Assembly: GCA_963977015.1 (NCBI GenBank)
Contig: CAXBMO010000004.1
Location: 1-64,000 of the forward strand
Direction of reading: 5' to 3'
Source of the DNA: an uncultured bacterium
Lineage (GTDB): Bacteria > Verrucomicrobiota > Verrucomicrobiia > Verrucomicrobiales > DEV007
DNA: 64,000 bases
Position numbers and translations under genes: made by a program. Position 1 is the stretch's first letter, and the number at the start of each line of letters is the position of its first letter. The notes beneath the pieces were generated by a model. That model searched no databases. It was not told the DNA's origin and saw only the letters and a program-made list of their open reading frames with translations. Shown here one piece after another: positions 1 through 9,416 of this stretch.

Positions 1-77
1 CAAGCTACAAGCTACAAGCTACAAGCTACAAGCTACAAGCTACAAGCTACAAGCTACAAGCTACAAGCTACAAGCTA
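1..77. repeat. Perfect heptamer tandem repeat (CAAGCTA)x11, runs to the window edge
   Basis: Read directly from bases 1-77. The TAG stop of the 68..1588 gene lies inside the array. Confidence 0.98.
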
Positions 78-1588
78 CCCGTCGCTTTTTGAATCAAGGT
101 CTTCCGTGCCTCCCGAGGCCGCTTCGCGATCCGCTCATCCTCGTAGAACGAGTCGTCGTTGTAATGCGTTGTCGAGATCTCCTCAAAAATCGCCCCATGC
201 AGAGTATGAAACTTGTGCCAGGCATTGGGCTTGATCAGCAGCGTCTCACCAATCTTCATTTTGTGGGATTGACCGTCGAGCTCCACTTCTAAATCCCCAT
301 GCAACAACTGAAACGTCTCTTCCTTCCGCTTGTGAAAGTGGTAGGGATGTTTCTGGCGGGGCAACATCAAAATGATCTTCTTGCAATAGTTGCGGTTCAC
401 ACAATCGACAATCACACAGCCAAATTCCCGAAACCGCTCCAACCCGTAATGGTGGGACAGCTCGATCCCGCTATTCTCATTCACCGTGATCCGTCCCTCA
501 TTCAGCATCCCATGCGCCTGGAGCATGATTTGCGATAAAATCTGTTCGTTGGATGGCTCGTAACTCGCCAGCGCTTCCGCCAATGGCTCATTCACCTTGT
601 AGTTGCGATCCGCCTTCATCGACTCGCGCCACGATCCGCTTGAAAGTTGCTCTTCCTGAATTGGCATGGCGAAGAAGACGTCCTCACGTTTGATCTTCTG
701 CCCCTTCTTCAACGCGGCTTTCGCATACACACCCCGCGCCAGGGACTTCAACGAATCCGTTTCTTCAAGCGAAGCCGGGGCCCTGCCCTCAACTCCCACC
801 ATCTCCACCGCCAGCTTGTAAGCGGCAATCCACCGATCCAACTGTTCGGGACTCGACGAATACGCATTCAACTTGTGCTTCTTCGTCGCCAGTCCGACGT
901 GCCGCTCAAACAACTCGGCCCCCTTCGCAAAGGCGATTTGAATCGGCTCCGTCGCGTCCTGATCCTCGTGGGTCGACCAACCGATCGGCACGTTCCGATA
1001 GCGGTGCTTGAAAAGGGAGATCTGATTCAGATTCAGCTTCGCCGGCGGCGTGGGATAAATCGCAACGCAATGCATGATCGCAAATTGCTTGGCCCGTTCT
1101 TCCAGAAAATGCACCAACGCATCGATCTTGCCGATACTGAGTCCGCCCGTCGAAGCCACGATCGGCTTCTCCTCTTCCGCGATTCGCTCCAAGAGTGGCC
1201 AATCGCCCGCCGAACAACTCGCCACTTTCATGAAATCGAGATCCAGATCCATCAGCAGGCCAACCGACGTTTCGTCAAAGGGCGTCGACATCGTCAGCAA
1301 CCCGTGATCCCGGATGAAATCCGCCAATTCCTCATACTGCTTCGCCGAAAGCGCAGTCTCAATGAATCGCGGGATGTGCTTCACATCTTTCCGATCCACA
1401 AAATCCGGATGAATGAAGGTCGGGATATGGCGAAACTGAAACTTCAGAGCGCCTCGCACCCCGTGCTTTGCCACCACCTCAGCAACACCGGCAATGATGC
1501 GTTTGGCGTGATCCATATCGCCCTGGTGATTGTTGGCCAGGTCGAAGATGAAGAGGTCGTGCAAGGATGAATTTTCGGGATTTCTCAT
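68..1588 (-). CDS. NeuB/SpsE-family ulosonic acid synthase with SAF domain and C-terminal cupin (D-lyxose isomerase-like) domain
   Basis: NeuB motifs FIFDLANNHQGD, STPFD, MKVASC, STGG, MHCVAIYPT, GWSTHE, ERHV; SAF region RGVYAK..LKKGQKI; cupin YCKKII..Q.HPYHFHKRKEETF, WHKF, FEEIST. Confidence 0.85.
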   Translation of the reverse strand: MRNPENSSLHDLFIFDLANNHQGDMDHAKRIIAGVAEVVAKHGVRGALKFQFRHIPTFIHPDFVDRKDVKHIPRFIETALSAKQYEELADFIRDHGLLTMSTPFDETSVGLLMDLDLDFMKVASCSAGDWPLLERIAEEEKPIVASTGGLSIGKIDALVHFLEERAKQFAIMHCVAIYPTPPAKLNLNQISLFKHRYRNVPIGWSTHEDQDATEPIQIAFAKGAELFERHVGLATKKHKLNAYSSSPEQLDRWIAAYKLAVEMVGVEGRAPASLEETDSLKSLARGVYAKAALKKGQKIKREDVFFAMPIQEEQLSSGSWRESMKADRNYKVNEPLAEALASYEPSNEQILSQIMLQAHGMLNEGRITVNENSGIELSHHYGLERFREFGCVIVDCVNRNYCKKIILMLPRQKHPYHFHKRKEETFQLLHGDLEVELDGQSHKMKIGETLLIKPNAWHKFHTLHGAIFEEISTTHYNDDSFYEDERIAKRPREARKTLIQKATGSL

Positions 1589-2707
1589 TTAGCTAATCAA
1601 CATTTCAGGGTTCCACCGCAATTTGACTCTGGAATCACTATACAACACCGACAACGGAATCCGAAACGCCCATTGTTTCGGCGATTCCAGCTCATACTTA
1701 CGTAGTAGCTTCTTACCGCGAGATGAAAAGAAGCTGTCATACCGATGATAATTCAACAAATTGTAAGAGTCTCCGAGAACGGCTGCAATCCCTCCCATCA
1801 AAGCTTTGCCCAAAATCTCCGAGGCATCAAACGACAACGCTTTCTGATCAATCTCACCGGGAGATCGATCAATGTTTTCGTGGCCTTTTTTAGCATGAAG
1901 GTCAGTCCCTGCCTTTAGGGTTTGCTTCAACACAATGGGATCAAACTCGATTTCAAGAAAATCGCACAGTTTTCTCAAAACCTGTTCAGGTTTCCGGACA
2001 AGATCCTCATACCGTACCATCCGATAGTGATCAGGTGCCAAAGAGTAGTTATAAGCACCAGCAATTAACGAACGCTTCCATTCATAAGCCATGTTGACGG
2101 CTCCCAACCAATTCACCTTCTTACTTGCAATCACCCCTGATCGAACAATTCGTGATCGTAAATTATCAAATGGGTCACGAACGAAGTGCACAAACTTCAC
2201 CTTGGGAAAAAGCTGACGTAAACGAACGAAGTGATACTCATTGCCCGGCGTTTTCTCCAACACGTGATCCCAGTCGACAGTTCTTCTATCTACCAGTTCG
2301 GCGTAAATCGAAGCCAACTCTAGAAATATATCTCGCTCGTTCGCCCCTTCCCGAATTACCCCAATCAGACGTTCTTTGTCTTTCGACACGTCATCCGAAG
2401 ACTGACGAATTGCACTCCAAGGACCAAACAACTTCCAATTTACACTTGGATCAATCGACTCCGAAAAGGGAAGGTTTTGGCCTCGCTCGCGATCAAACGG
2501 GCGGCCAACGACATGAAGAAAGTATTGTTCCGAATCGTTACGCCAGCACTTGATCTTTGGGGCAATTTTCAAAAATTGCACCTCGTCTGTGAACGACATC
2601 ACCCTTGGATGCCCATCAATCAGGTGGCTAAAGAGAGAGGTCCCGGATCTCGACACCCCTCCGATGAAAATTAACGTCGGATCAGTTAACACAAGATTTG
2701 TCTTCAA
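1589..2707 (-). CDS. PAPS-dependent sulfotransferase (Sulfotransfer_3-like)
   Basis: IFIGGVSRSGTSL (5'-PSB loop), EKTP, VRDPFDNLRS (3'-PB), VRYEDLV..PE. Confidence 0.85.
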   Translation of the reverse strand: MKTNLVLTDPTLIFIGGVSRSGTSLFSHLIDGHPRVMSFTDEVQFLKIAPKIKCWRNDSEQYFLHVVGRPFDRERGQNLPFSESIDPSVNWKLFGPWSAIRQSSDDVSKDKERLIGVIREGANERDIFLELASIYAELVDRRTVDWDHVLEKTPGNEYHFVRLRQLFPKVKFVHFVRDPFDNLRSRIVRSGVIASKKVNWLGAVNMAYEWKRSLIAGAYNYSLAPDHYRMVRYEDLVRKPEQVLRKLCDFLEIEFDPIVLKQTLKAGTDLHAKKGHENIDRSPGEIDQKALSFDASEILGKALMGGIAAVLGDSYNLLNYHRYDSFFSSRGKKLLRKYELESPKQWAFRIPLSVLYSDSRVKLRWNPEMLIS

Positions 2708-2729
2708 GATTCATCGAATCGAGCAGCAA

Positions 2730-3827
2730 TTATGACAGTGCTCGTGCACTAAAGCCTTGCGAGTAATCAATCTTTACTAACCGCCCCTCTGCATTTGATC
2801 GGAAAGCCGCGGCAACGACCAGCATCGTTTCCAATCCGTGTTCAAGCGTCGAAACCATTTGATGGGCTGGAATCGTTCCATCGAGATAGCCCGCAACTTG
2901 GTCGATCATGCCTTTAAAATCATCGGGACGCGTCTTCGGAAACCGTTTCGTTTCCTGGGATTCAGCCGTGCCATGGACGAGGGCATCGCACCCGCTCTCG
3001 TAATTGGCATACCAGTCGAGAAAGCCATCAGCCCCCTGAATCCGGACATTCTTGATCGGCGGCTCAGTCACGACATCCTGGATCACCGAACCCGACAAGC
3101 CGGATTCCGTGCGCAGTTGCAGTTGGGCAAGCCGGTCATAGTCCGCTCCGCCCTCGCTCACGAAATCAATCGTCGCCATCACTTCGGTGACTCTACCAGT
3201 CCCCAGTTTCCGAGCAAAATGCTGCCAAATATTGACACCGTGAGAATGCTCACCAAGCGCCCCCCCACCCCGTTTCCAGAATCCGAGGTAGGTGTCCGAC
3301 GGACCAGCGAGCCAAGGATGGGCCTTGTAGATCCCGCCCCAATGCTCGACCCAGCGAACCTGAAGCGACTCCGGCGCTCCAATCTTCCCTTCATCGATGA
3401 GTTGTTCCGCAACCTGAGTATTCGGCGTGGCCGTGTGATTGTAGTCAACCAAGACACAAGTTCCGCTCTCCCTCGCCAATTCAGCCAACTCGGCACATCC
3501 TTTCAAATCCGGAGTCGCCAACGGCTTCTCAATCAACAGAACTCGAGGCGGATCCTTGGAAAGGATATCCTTTGCCAACGCGAAATGGGAATCCGGAGGC
3601 GTCCCGATAATCGCGACATCGAATCCAGCCGCACTCGCACTCCCCTCGGCAACTTCCAAGCTGATTCCCTCGTCCCATGCCTTGTAACGTTCCGGATAGA
3701 TCTCCGTGCGGGTCCGTTCCAAAGCCTTCGGGTCGAGGTCGGTCATGGTCACATCCCAACCTCGCCCCCGGCATCCGTGAGCCAAATGATTGCCGATCGA
3801 ACCGGCACCAAAAATTCTTACATTCAT
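2730..3827 (-). CDS. Gfo/Idh/MocA family NAD(P)-dependent oxidoreductase
   Basis: IFGAGSIG, TPPDSH, LIEKPLA, GGGALGEHSH. ATG at 3827 preferred to the GTG at 3851. Confidence 0.85.
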   Translation of the reverse strand: MNVRIFGAGSIGNHLAHGCRGRGWDVTMTDLDPKALERTRTEIYPERYKAWDEGISLEVAEGSASAAGFDVAIIGTPPDSHFALAKDILSKDPPRVLLIEKPLATPDLKGCAELAELARESGTCVLVDYNHTATPNTQVAEQLIDEGKIGAPESLQVRWVEHWGGIYKAHPWLAGPSDTYLGFWKRGGGALGEHSHGVNIWQHFARKLGTGRVTEVMATIDFVSEGGADYDRLAQLQLRTESGLSGSVIQDVVTEPPIKNVRIQGADGFLDWYANYESGCDALVHGTAESQETKRFPKTRPDDFKGMIDQVAGYLDGTIPAHQMVSTLEHGLETMLVVAAAFRSNAEGRLVKIDYSQGFSARALS

Positions 3828-3942
3828 AAATTTACTAAGATTGGTTCCCACCTGAAGTTTCTCGGTCTAGAAAACTTCCATCCCAAATTAGGTAACATTA
3901 AATCCTATTCTATCCTAAGACATTGCTCCCCCCGCAATGTGC

Positions 3943-5355
3943 CTACCTTTTCACCCATTCGCCCACAATCCCGGTCAGCGTCTCTGCGCCTTGCCTCGAC
4001 AAGTGATCCACATCCCTAAAGTTTGCATCTTCTAAGCCACTACAACCAGCGCGGTCAATATCTTTAAAAAAAAACGTTCCGGGATATTCTTCACTCAAGC
4101 GGATGAATCGCTCCATTAATTTTTTATATACCTCACGTCCGATACCATCATTAGCAGCAACACTGTCACCAGTTACGCCATGCGCAGGTGGCGTAAATCC
4201 ATAAAGACAAATTTTTCGGGCTCGGCAAAGCCGAATCATATTCTCCAACAATTGAATCTTGCTCTCATCAATCTCGTAGTATTTCGAACTAGACAGCGCT
4301 CGTTTCACTTTCAGCTTGAAGCCTAAATCAAAGTTTTCCGGTGCGTTTACAGGCTCTTTAAGCTCGCCAAATTCATCATAAACCCCATTTGTAATGATCG
4401 AATCAGATCTGCTCTTTTTCGCTCCGCAAATCGGCTTTGAAGCCATAAACTCGGCATAAGCGTTGCTCGACAACAATGAAGTCGCCGCTCTTTGGTGCTC
4501 TCCAACATTGAACATCCTCGGAGACAAACCAATGATGACGATCTTCAACTCTGTTGCTTCCATCAAATAGTCACGAAGAACTACCATACTATATGGCAAC
4601 CGTGTTCCAGCGATTGCAAAATTAAACGCCTTACCTTCAAATCCGGCGATCTCGTTAATTTTCGACGGCAACACCCCTTGATCAACCCGCGAGTCGCCAA
4701 TTGTAGCTACTGTGACCTCGCCGCAGATCTTGGTAAATTTTTGAACTTTTTCATCCATCACCGTGTTTGGATATCCGTTGATTTTCGGAATTTTGAGTTC
4801 CTGTCCTGAATTGATGAAAAATTTCCCGCCATGGAAATTATCATCAAATGGCAACGAATCTATTATTTGTAGCGAAGCGATTTCCAGCCAATCCCGCCTT
4901 TCGACCAACTCGAGTTCGCAGATTTCTCCAACTGAATCAAAATATCTCTGCAGAACTCGGCGATACATTCCTACTTGCGCAACCTGAACAATTTCATTTG
5001 TTTTCAAATTTTGGAATTTCTGAACTACCAAGGCAGATTCATACGGCCCATTTTGAAATCCAGGAGGAAGATCACTTGTTGCTAACAACTTGGCTTCAAT
5101 AAGGCGAGGTGACACACTAAATCCTGAGAGCTTTCCTGTTGCATCTTCAGTGCTTTCATCAGGTATTGATCCACTTTCATTCTCGGACAATCGGATCAAT
5201 GCTGCGATGCTCCCCAAAAGTCGATCCTTGTTACTCGAAAACAACCATCCTGTCAGGAAACAGGCAGCAAACAGCAAAACAGTTACCAAATTGGGACGCC
5301 CCCCAAAAACGGAAGTCAGCAACTGTAGGTTTTTCAATCGAGTAAAGAATCTCAT
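3943..5355 (-). CDS. Membrane-anchored protein with C-terminal SGNH-like domain (DltD/AlgX-like)
   Basis: N-terminal TM helix; IGDSR, FNFAIAG, IIGLSP and D-x-x-H (DVDHLS) motifs. Confidence 0.55.
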   Translation of the reverse strand: MRFFTRLKNLQLLTSVFGGRPNLVTVLLFAACFLTGWLFSSNKDRLLGSIAALIRLSENESGSIPDESTEDATGKLSGFSVSPRLIEAKLLATSDLPPGFQNGPYESALVVQKFQNLKTNEIVQVAQVGMYRRVLQRYFDSVGEICELELVERRDWLEIASLQIIDSLPFDDNFHGGKFFINSGQELKIPKINGYPNTVMDEKVQKFTKICGEVTVATIGDSRVDQGVLPSKINEIAGFEGKAFNFAIAGTRLPYSMVVLRDYLMEATELKIVIIGLSPRMFNVGEHQRAATSLLSSNAYAEFMASKPICGAKKSRSDSIITNGVYDEFGELKEPVNAPENFDLGFKLKVKRALSSSKYYEIDESKIQLLENMIRLCRARKICLYGFTPPAHGVTGDSVAANDGIGREVYKKLMERFIRLSEEYPGTFFFKDIDRAGCSGLEDANFRDVDHLSRQGAETLTGIVGEWVKR

Positions 5356-5409
5356 TTTCCTTTTTCGAACTTAGTGAGCTTTGTTCACCCTTTGTGATGC
5401 GGGTTGGAT

Positions 5410-6396
5410 CTATATCAGACCCAATCGAGAAAGATCCTGAACATCAATCAACCCTACAGGCCTGTCTTGATCGTCCAGCACCACCAGCTCGTCGATCCGA
5501 TGTCTTTCTAACACTGCCAAGACTTCTGTCGCAAAACGATCAGCTTTGGTCGTGATAGGCTGACGAGTCATCAATTCTTTGACCGGCAATCCCGCGATTT
5601 GTCCGCCGTGCTCCCTGAATGCCCGGACAAAGTCACCATGGGTAAAGATTCCCGCCAACGCCGATCCATCCCGTTCTGTCACGACCACCGCTCCCGAGCG
5701 ATGGCTGGTCATTTCGCCCAACGCATCATCAACCGTCGCTTCGCGATTCAACACTGCGATTTCTTCCAAAGGGCGCATCATATCACGAGCCAAAGTCAGG
5801 AGCTTCCTGCCAAGAGTGCCCCCTGGATGAAACTTGGCGAAGTCGTCTGCCTTGAATCCGGACGCTTCCAGCAGGACCATGGCAATGGCGTCACCCAGCG
5901 CCAACATCACCGTCGTACTCGATGTCGGTGCCAGTTCCAGCGGACAGGCTTCCCGCTCCACCCTGACGTCGATCACCACATCGCTATGTTTCGCCAGAGT
6001 CGAATTCACATTGCCCGTCATCGCGATGACGACGACTTCGAAGCGTCGCAAGGCCACCAACAAATTGATCATCTCCTCAGTCTCTCCGCTGTAGCTCAAC
6101 GCCAACACGGTATCGCCGTCAAACACGATGCCAAGATCGCCGTGCAGTGCGTTGAGCGAACTCAGCGAAATCGCCGCGGTTCCCGTACTGGTCAGCGTCG
6201 CGGCGATCTTGTCGCCAATGTGGCTGCATTTCCCCACCCCGCAGACAATGACCTTTTTTTTTGCAAGGCTGGCCACCTGGATTTTACCGACCGCATCCGC
6301 GAAACTTTCATCTAGCGACTCAGCTACCCGCCGCAGTTCATGGACTTCTAAGTCCAGAATGCGTCGACCACTCTCGATGACTTCACTTTCCGTCAC
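5410..6396 (-). CDS. kdsD: KpsF/GutQ family arabinose-5-phosphate isomerase (SIS plus CBS pair)
   Basis: KIAATLTSTGT, ALHGDLG, SYSGET, EACPLELAPTSSTT, FHPGGTLG, GIFTHGD CBS region. Confidence 0.9.
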   Translation of the reverse strand: MTESEVIESGRRILDLEVHELRRVAESLDESFADAVGKIQVASLAKKKVIVCGVGKCSHIGDKIAATLTSTGTAAISLSSLNALHGDLGIVFDGDTVLALSYSGETEEMINLLVALRRFEVVVIAMTGNVNSTLAKHSDVVIDVRVEREACPLELAPTSSTTVMLALGDAIAMVLLEASGFKADDFAKFHPGGTLGRKLLTLARDMMRPLEEIAVLNREATVDDALGEMTSHRSGAVVVTERDGSALAGIFTHGDFVRAFREHGGQIAGLPVKELMTRQPITTKADRFATEVLAVLERHRIDELVVLDDQDRPVGLIDVQDLSRLGLI

Positions 6397-6499
6397 GGCT
6401 CAGGTTCTAGAGTTAAGAACAACTTGCTCCAGATGGCGCAAGTTTCCTATTAATACAATCGAGATGCTAAGCCGCATTACCTTCCTGATCTGCTGGTCG

Positions 6500-7426
6500 T
6501 CAAATAGCTTTCCTATAGTCGTAAGCTTTTGGAAGTTTACCACCCAACACGTCGCGGAGGCGATGGTTGTGTTCAGCAAACTGCCATTGCAAGGCCTGCT
6601 CTAGCTCCTCACTGAAAATCCTGTTATCGCCCTGCAGATCCAAGCGTGGTGTTGAAATTCGAGTCCACCACCGAACAAACCGGCCACTCCACCCAATTAG
6701 CCGCGACTGAATCGGCCGCGACAATCTCGGTGCAATATGGTAGCTGGCCATGCTTCGCTTAACCAGCGTTCCCATTATGATACTTTGCGGACTCGAATTC
6801 ACGGGCGCGAGGTCAAACGGTGCTTTCAAGGGTACGTCCAACAGCTCGATTAACTGCGCTAAAACCTGTTCCGGATCATTTCGAAAGTGTTCGAAGTGAA
6901 ATACATGAAGTCGTTCTCTCCCGACAACCTCGATAAGCTTCGAAACCATCGACGCGAAATCCAGATTCAACACGGCACAGCGGCGCTTCCTATCACAACT
7001 GCCCTCTGGCGGCAGGCCGGAGAACGCGCTCCCATCCCAACCAAGAAATTGTCCAGGCGTCATATACCGGCCCTTCTTAACTGCCAGGCCATAGATCGAC
7101 TGCAGCCAATCCGTCGGCTCGCGAAGAAATAGTATAACGTCAGGAACTGGTTTCAATCTATCAATCTTGAACAGTCCTGGAAATGGTTGCGGATTCCAAG
7201 GCTGGAAAGACAGCCCCTCGGAGGAGATAAGAAGTGGTTGCTCCAAAAGCGCCTCGGCCAACAGCGAATCCAGTTCTTGGACAGTTTCATTGTAGACCAC
7301 CCTCCTATTCAAAGCAGAAAAGACTTCTGGTGAATTGTAAGCGACTCCCTCCAAGTTCGGAAACACTTTTTTCTGAAGAAAGGTGCTCGCGGTCCGAGGC
7401 AAGCCAATATGGAGAAACCATTTCAA
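6500..7426 (-). CDS. Sulfotransferase-family P-loop protein
   Basis: LHIGLPRTASTFLQ, LISSEGLS, LREPTDWLQSIY, FEHFRNDP. Confidence 0.75.
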   Translation of the reverse strand: MKWFLHIGLPRTASTFLQKKVFPNLEGVAYNSPEVFSALNRRVVYNETVQELDSLLAEALLEQPLLISSEGLSFQPWNPQPFPGLFKIDRLKPVPDVILFLREPTDWLQSIYGLAVKKGRYMTPGQFLGWDGSAFSGLPPEGSCDRKRRCAVLNLDFASMVSKLIEVVGRERLHVFHFEHFRNDPEQVLAQLIELLDVPLKAPFDLAPVNSSPQSIIMGTLVKRSMASYHIAPRLSRPIQSRLIGWSGRFVRWWTRISTPRLDLQGDNRIFSEELEQALQWQFAEHNHRLRDVLGGKLPKAYDYRKAI

Positions 7427-7460
7427 TTGAAAAGCGGATAAGAGTAAGATCTGGATGCCC

Positions 7461-9278
7461 TTAAGCGATCCCCTGAGTCACACAAAGACGGTGAAAGAAG
7501 GACTCAGAGCGTAGGTTCAAGTCGGTGAAATTCCCCTCTTCGATCAGTTTCCCTCCCCTCAAGACGTAAATTCGATCGCAATCCCGCAAGGTCGACATAC
7601 GGTGGGCAATCAAGATAATTGTCCTCTCACCAGCCAGCCTCTGGATCCCTTCGTGGACAATTTGCTCAGTTTCGGAATCCAGCGAAGCTGTCGCCTCATC
7701 GAAGATAAGAATTGGAGTTCCTTTGTAAACCTCGCGAGCGATCGAAAGTCTCTGGCGCTGTCCTCCAGAAAGGCGCACCCCACGATCACCGACGACTTCA
7801 TCATACCCATTAGGCAGGGTTTTCAGCACCTCATCGAAACGGCTCACATCGGCAGCGCGATCGAGTTTGGCGCGGTCCTTGTCTGTATTACAGCCTCTCC
7901 AAAGGGAGATATTATTGGCAACGGTGTCATGGAACACAACAGGCTCCTGGATGACATACGCAATCTGGGAACGAATTGATTTAAGGCACAGATCCCCGTA
8001 ATCATCTCCATCGAAGGTGATCTGACCTCCACTTGGTTGGATCAATCCCGTCAGTAAGTCAACCAACGTGGATTTCCCGGCTCCTGAAGGTCCGGCTATT
8101 CCGATCATCTCGCCCTTTGTGATCTTGAGAGAAATGTCATGGAGAACGGGTTCATCTCTGCAGTAAGCAAAGCTTACCTCGTTCAATTCGATAGCTTCTT
8201 GAAACCGGCAACGATCATTCTTACCTGAGATTTCCTGATTCTTCTGCAGTTCTTCCTCAATCTCAGCGACGATCTCCACGGCTCCGGCCCGATTGCAAAA
8301 AGCCTGCCACGATTCTTGCAACTTCACCAATTGCTGGAGTGCGCGGTAAAATAGTAGACCTATCACGATAACTGCAGCAACCGGTTGCCCCCGCCCAATT
8401 ACAAACGAATACATGACGGCTGCAATGCCGAACAAAAGAAGCAACTGACCAAAAGCCCGCACCCCTTCCGTCACCCAAAGCCCTCTCATTCGTAGATGGC
8501 GAAACCGAAGAATGGATTTGGTTACTTGATTTGCAACCAAATCATTCGAGGCGGTGGCCTTGAGATATTTAAAGTAATTGAGAAATTGCAGGTTGAGCTG
8601 CTGCATTCGCCCTCTCTCCCGAGATCTTAGGCCAGCTAACATTCTTCCATATCGGGCGGGAAAACGCAGCAAAACCATCGCAACCAGTCCTACTACGCCT
8701 GCACCCAAAGTGACCATCGGCTCAGCAACAAGAGCAACACTAAGAAACCCCACCGCAAACACCATTGCCGAGACGACTTGAACGAACTTGGTAAGGGACA
8801 TTACCTTGTCCCCAATCTCCGTTGTCAGACAATTGTTAAGGCGTCCCTGCGCCTGAGTCGAAAAATACGAATAACTAGCTCCACCGAGATTCGTGACAAA
8901 GCGTTCACGAAGTCGTTGTTCCAAGCCGATCTCGATCCACCCCTGCACCGTAGCTTGAAAGCTTAAGAGAACCGTGCGTAACAAACCCACCACGACTACA
9001 ATTCCAAGCATGGTTTCAAACGTCGATGACAAGCCCAATCGCTTCAATAATGCAGCCCAGAAGGAAGCGACTTGGGACGAACTATCGGCCAATTCTCCCG
9101 ATGAGAGCAACGGAAGCAACGCCATGATGTTCAGACTCTCCGCAACCACACCGAGGAAGCAGAGCCCTACAAAGGCATGGAGACGCCATCCAATCTCCCC
9201 AGCAAAGTGGCGGTAATACTGGACGACTCCACGGATTGGGTTTGCGGAGAAAGAATTTACTGAAGAGGCTCTTACCAA
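7461..9278 (-). CDS. ABC exporter, fused permease/ATPase (MsbA/PglK-like glycolipid flippase)
   Basis: N-terminal TM helices; GPSGAGKST, LSGGQRQR, ILIFDEATASLD, IAHR; located in the glycan locus. Confidence 0.85.
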   Translation of the reverse strand: MVRASSVNSFSANPIRGVVQYYRHFAGEIGWRLHAFVGLCFLGVVAESLNIMALLPLLSSGELADSSSQVASFWAALLKRLGLSSTFETMLGIVVVVGLLRTVLLSFQATVQGWIEIGLEQRLRERFVTNLGGASYSYFSTQAQGRLNNCLTTEIGDKVMSLTKFVQVVSAMVFAVGFLSVALVAEPMVTLGAGVVGLVAMVLLRFPARYGRMLAGLRSRERGRMQQLNLQFLNYFKYLKATASNDLVANQVTKSILRFRHLRMRGLWVTEGVRAFGQLLLLFGIAAVMYSFVIGRGQPVAAVIVIGLLFYRALQQLVKLQESWQAFCNRAGAVEIVAEIEEELQKNQEISGKNDRCRFQEAIELNEVSFAYCRDEPVLHDISLKITKGEMIGIAGPSGAGKSTLVDLLTGLIQPSGGQITFDGDDYGDLCLKSIRSQIAYVIQEPVVFHDTVANNISLWRGCNTDKDRAKLDRAADVSRFDEVLKTLPNGYDEVVGDRGVRLSGGQRQRLSIAREVYKGTPILIFDEATASLDSETEQIVHEGIQRLAGERTIILIAHRMSTLRDCDRIYVLRGGKLIEEGNFTDLNLRSESFFHRLCVTQGIA

Positions 9279-9416
9279 ATTTTACCTTTCTTCTAAACGT
9301 TGGATCTTAAGGCCGTGTAATTCTTTTCAGGATTGAGTAATTCCAGGACACTCTTATTCATCGACCTCTATAAACTGCAGTTTGCTCTTCTACAGTGACC
9401 GGCTTAGAAATCGTTG

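Noticed and set aside
4066-6262. A9/T9 tracts at 4066-4074 and 6254-6262 as phase-variation sites
   Set aside because: They are in frame and explained by Phe/Lys codon runs; A/T tracts of this length are weak evidence.
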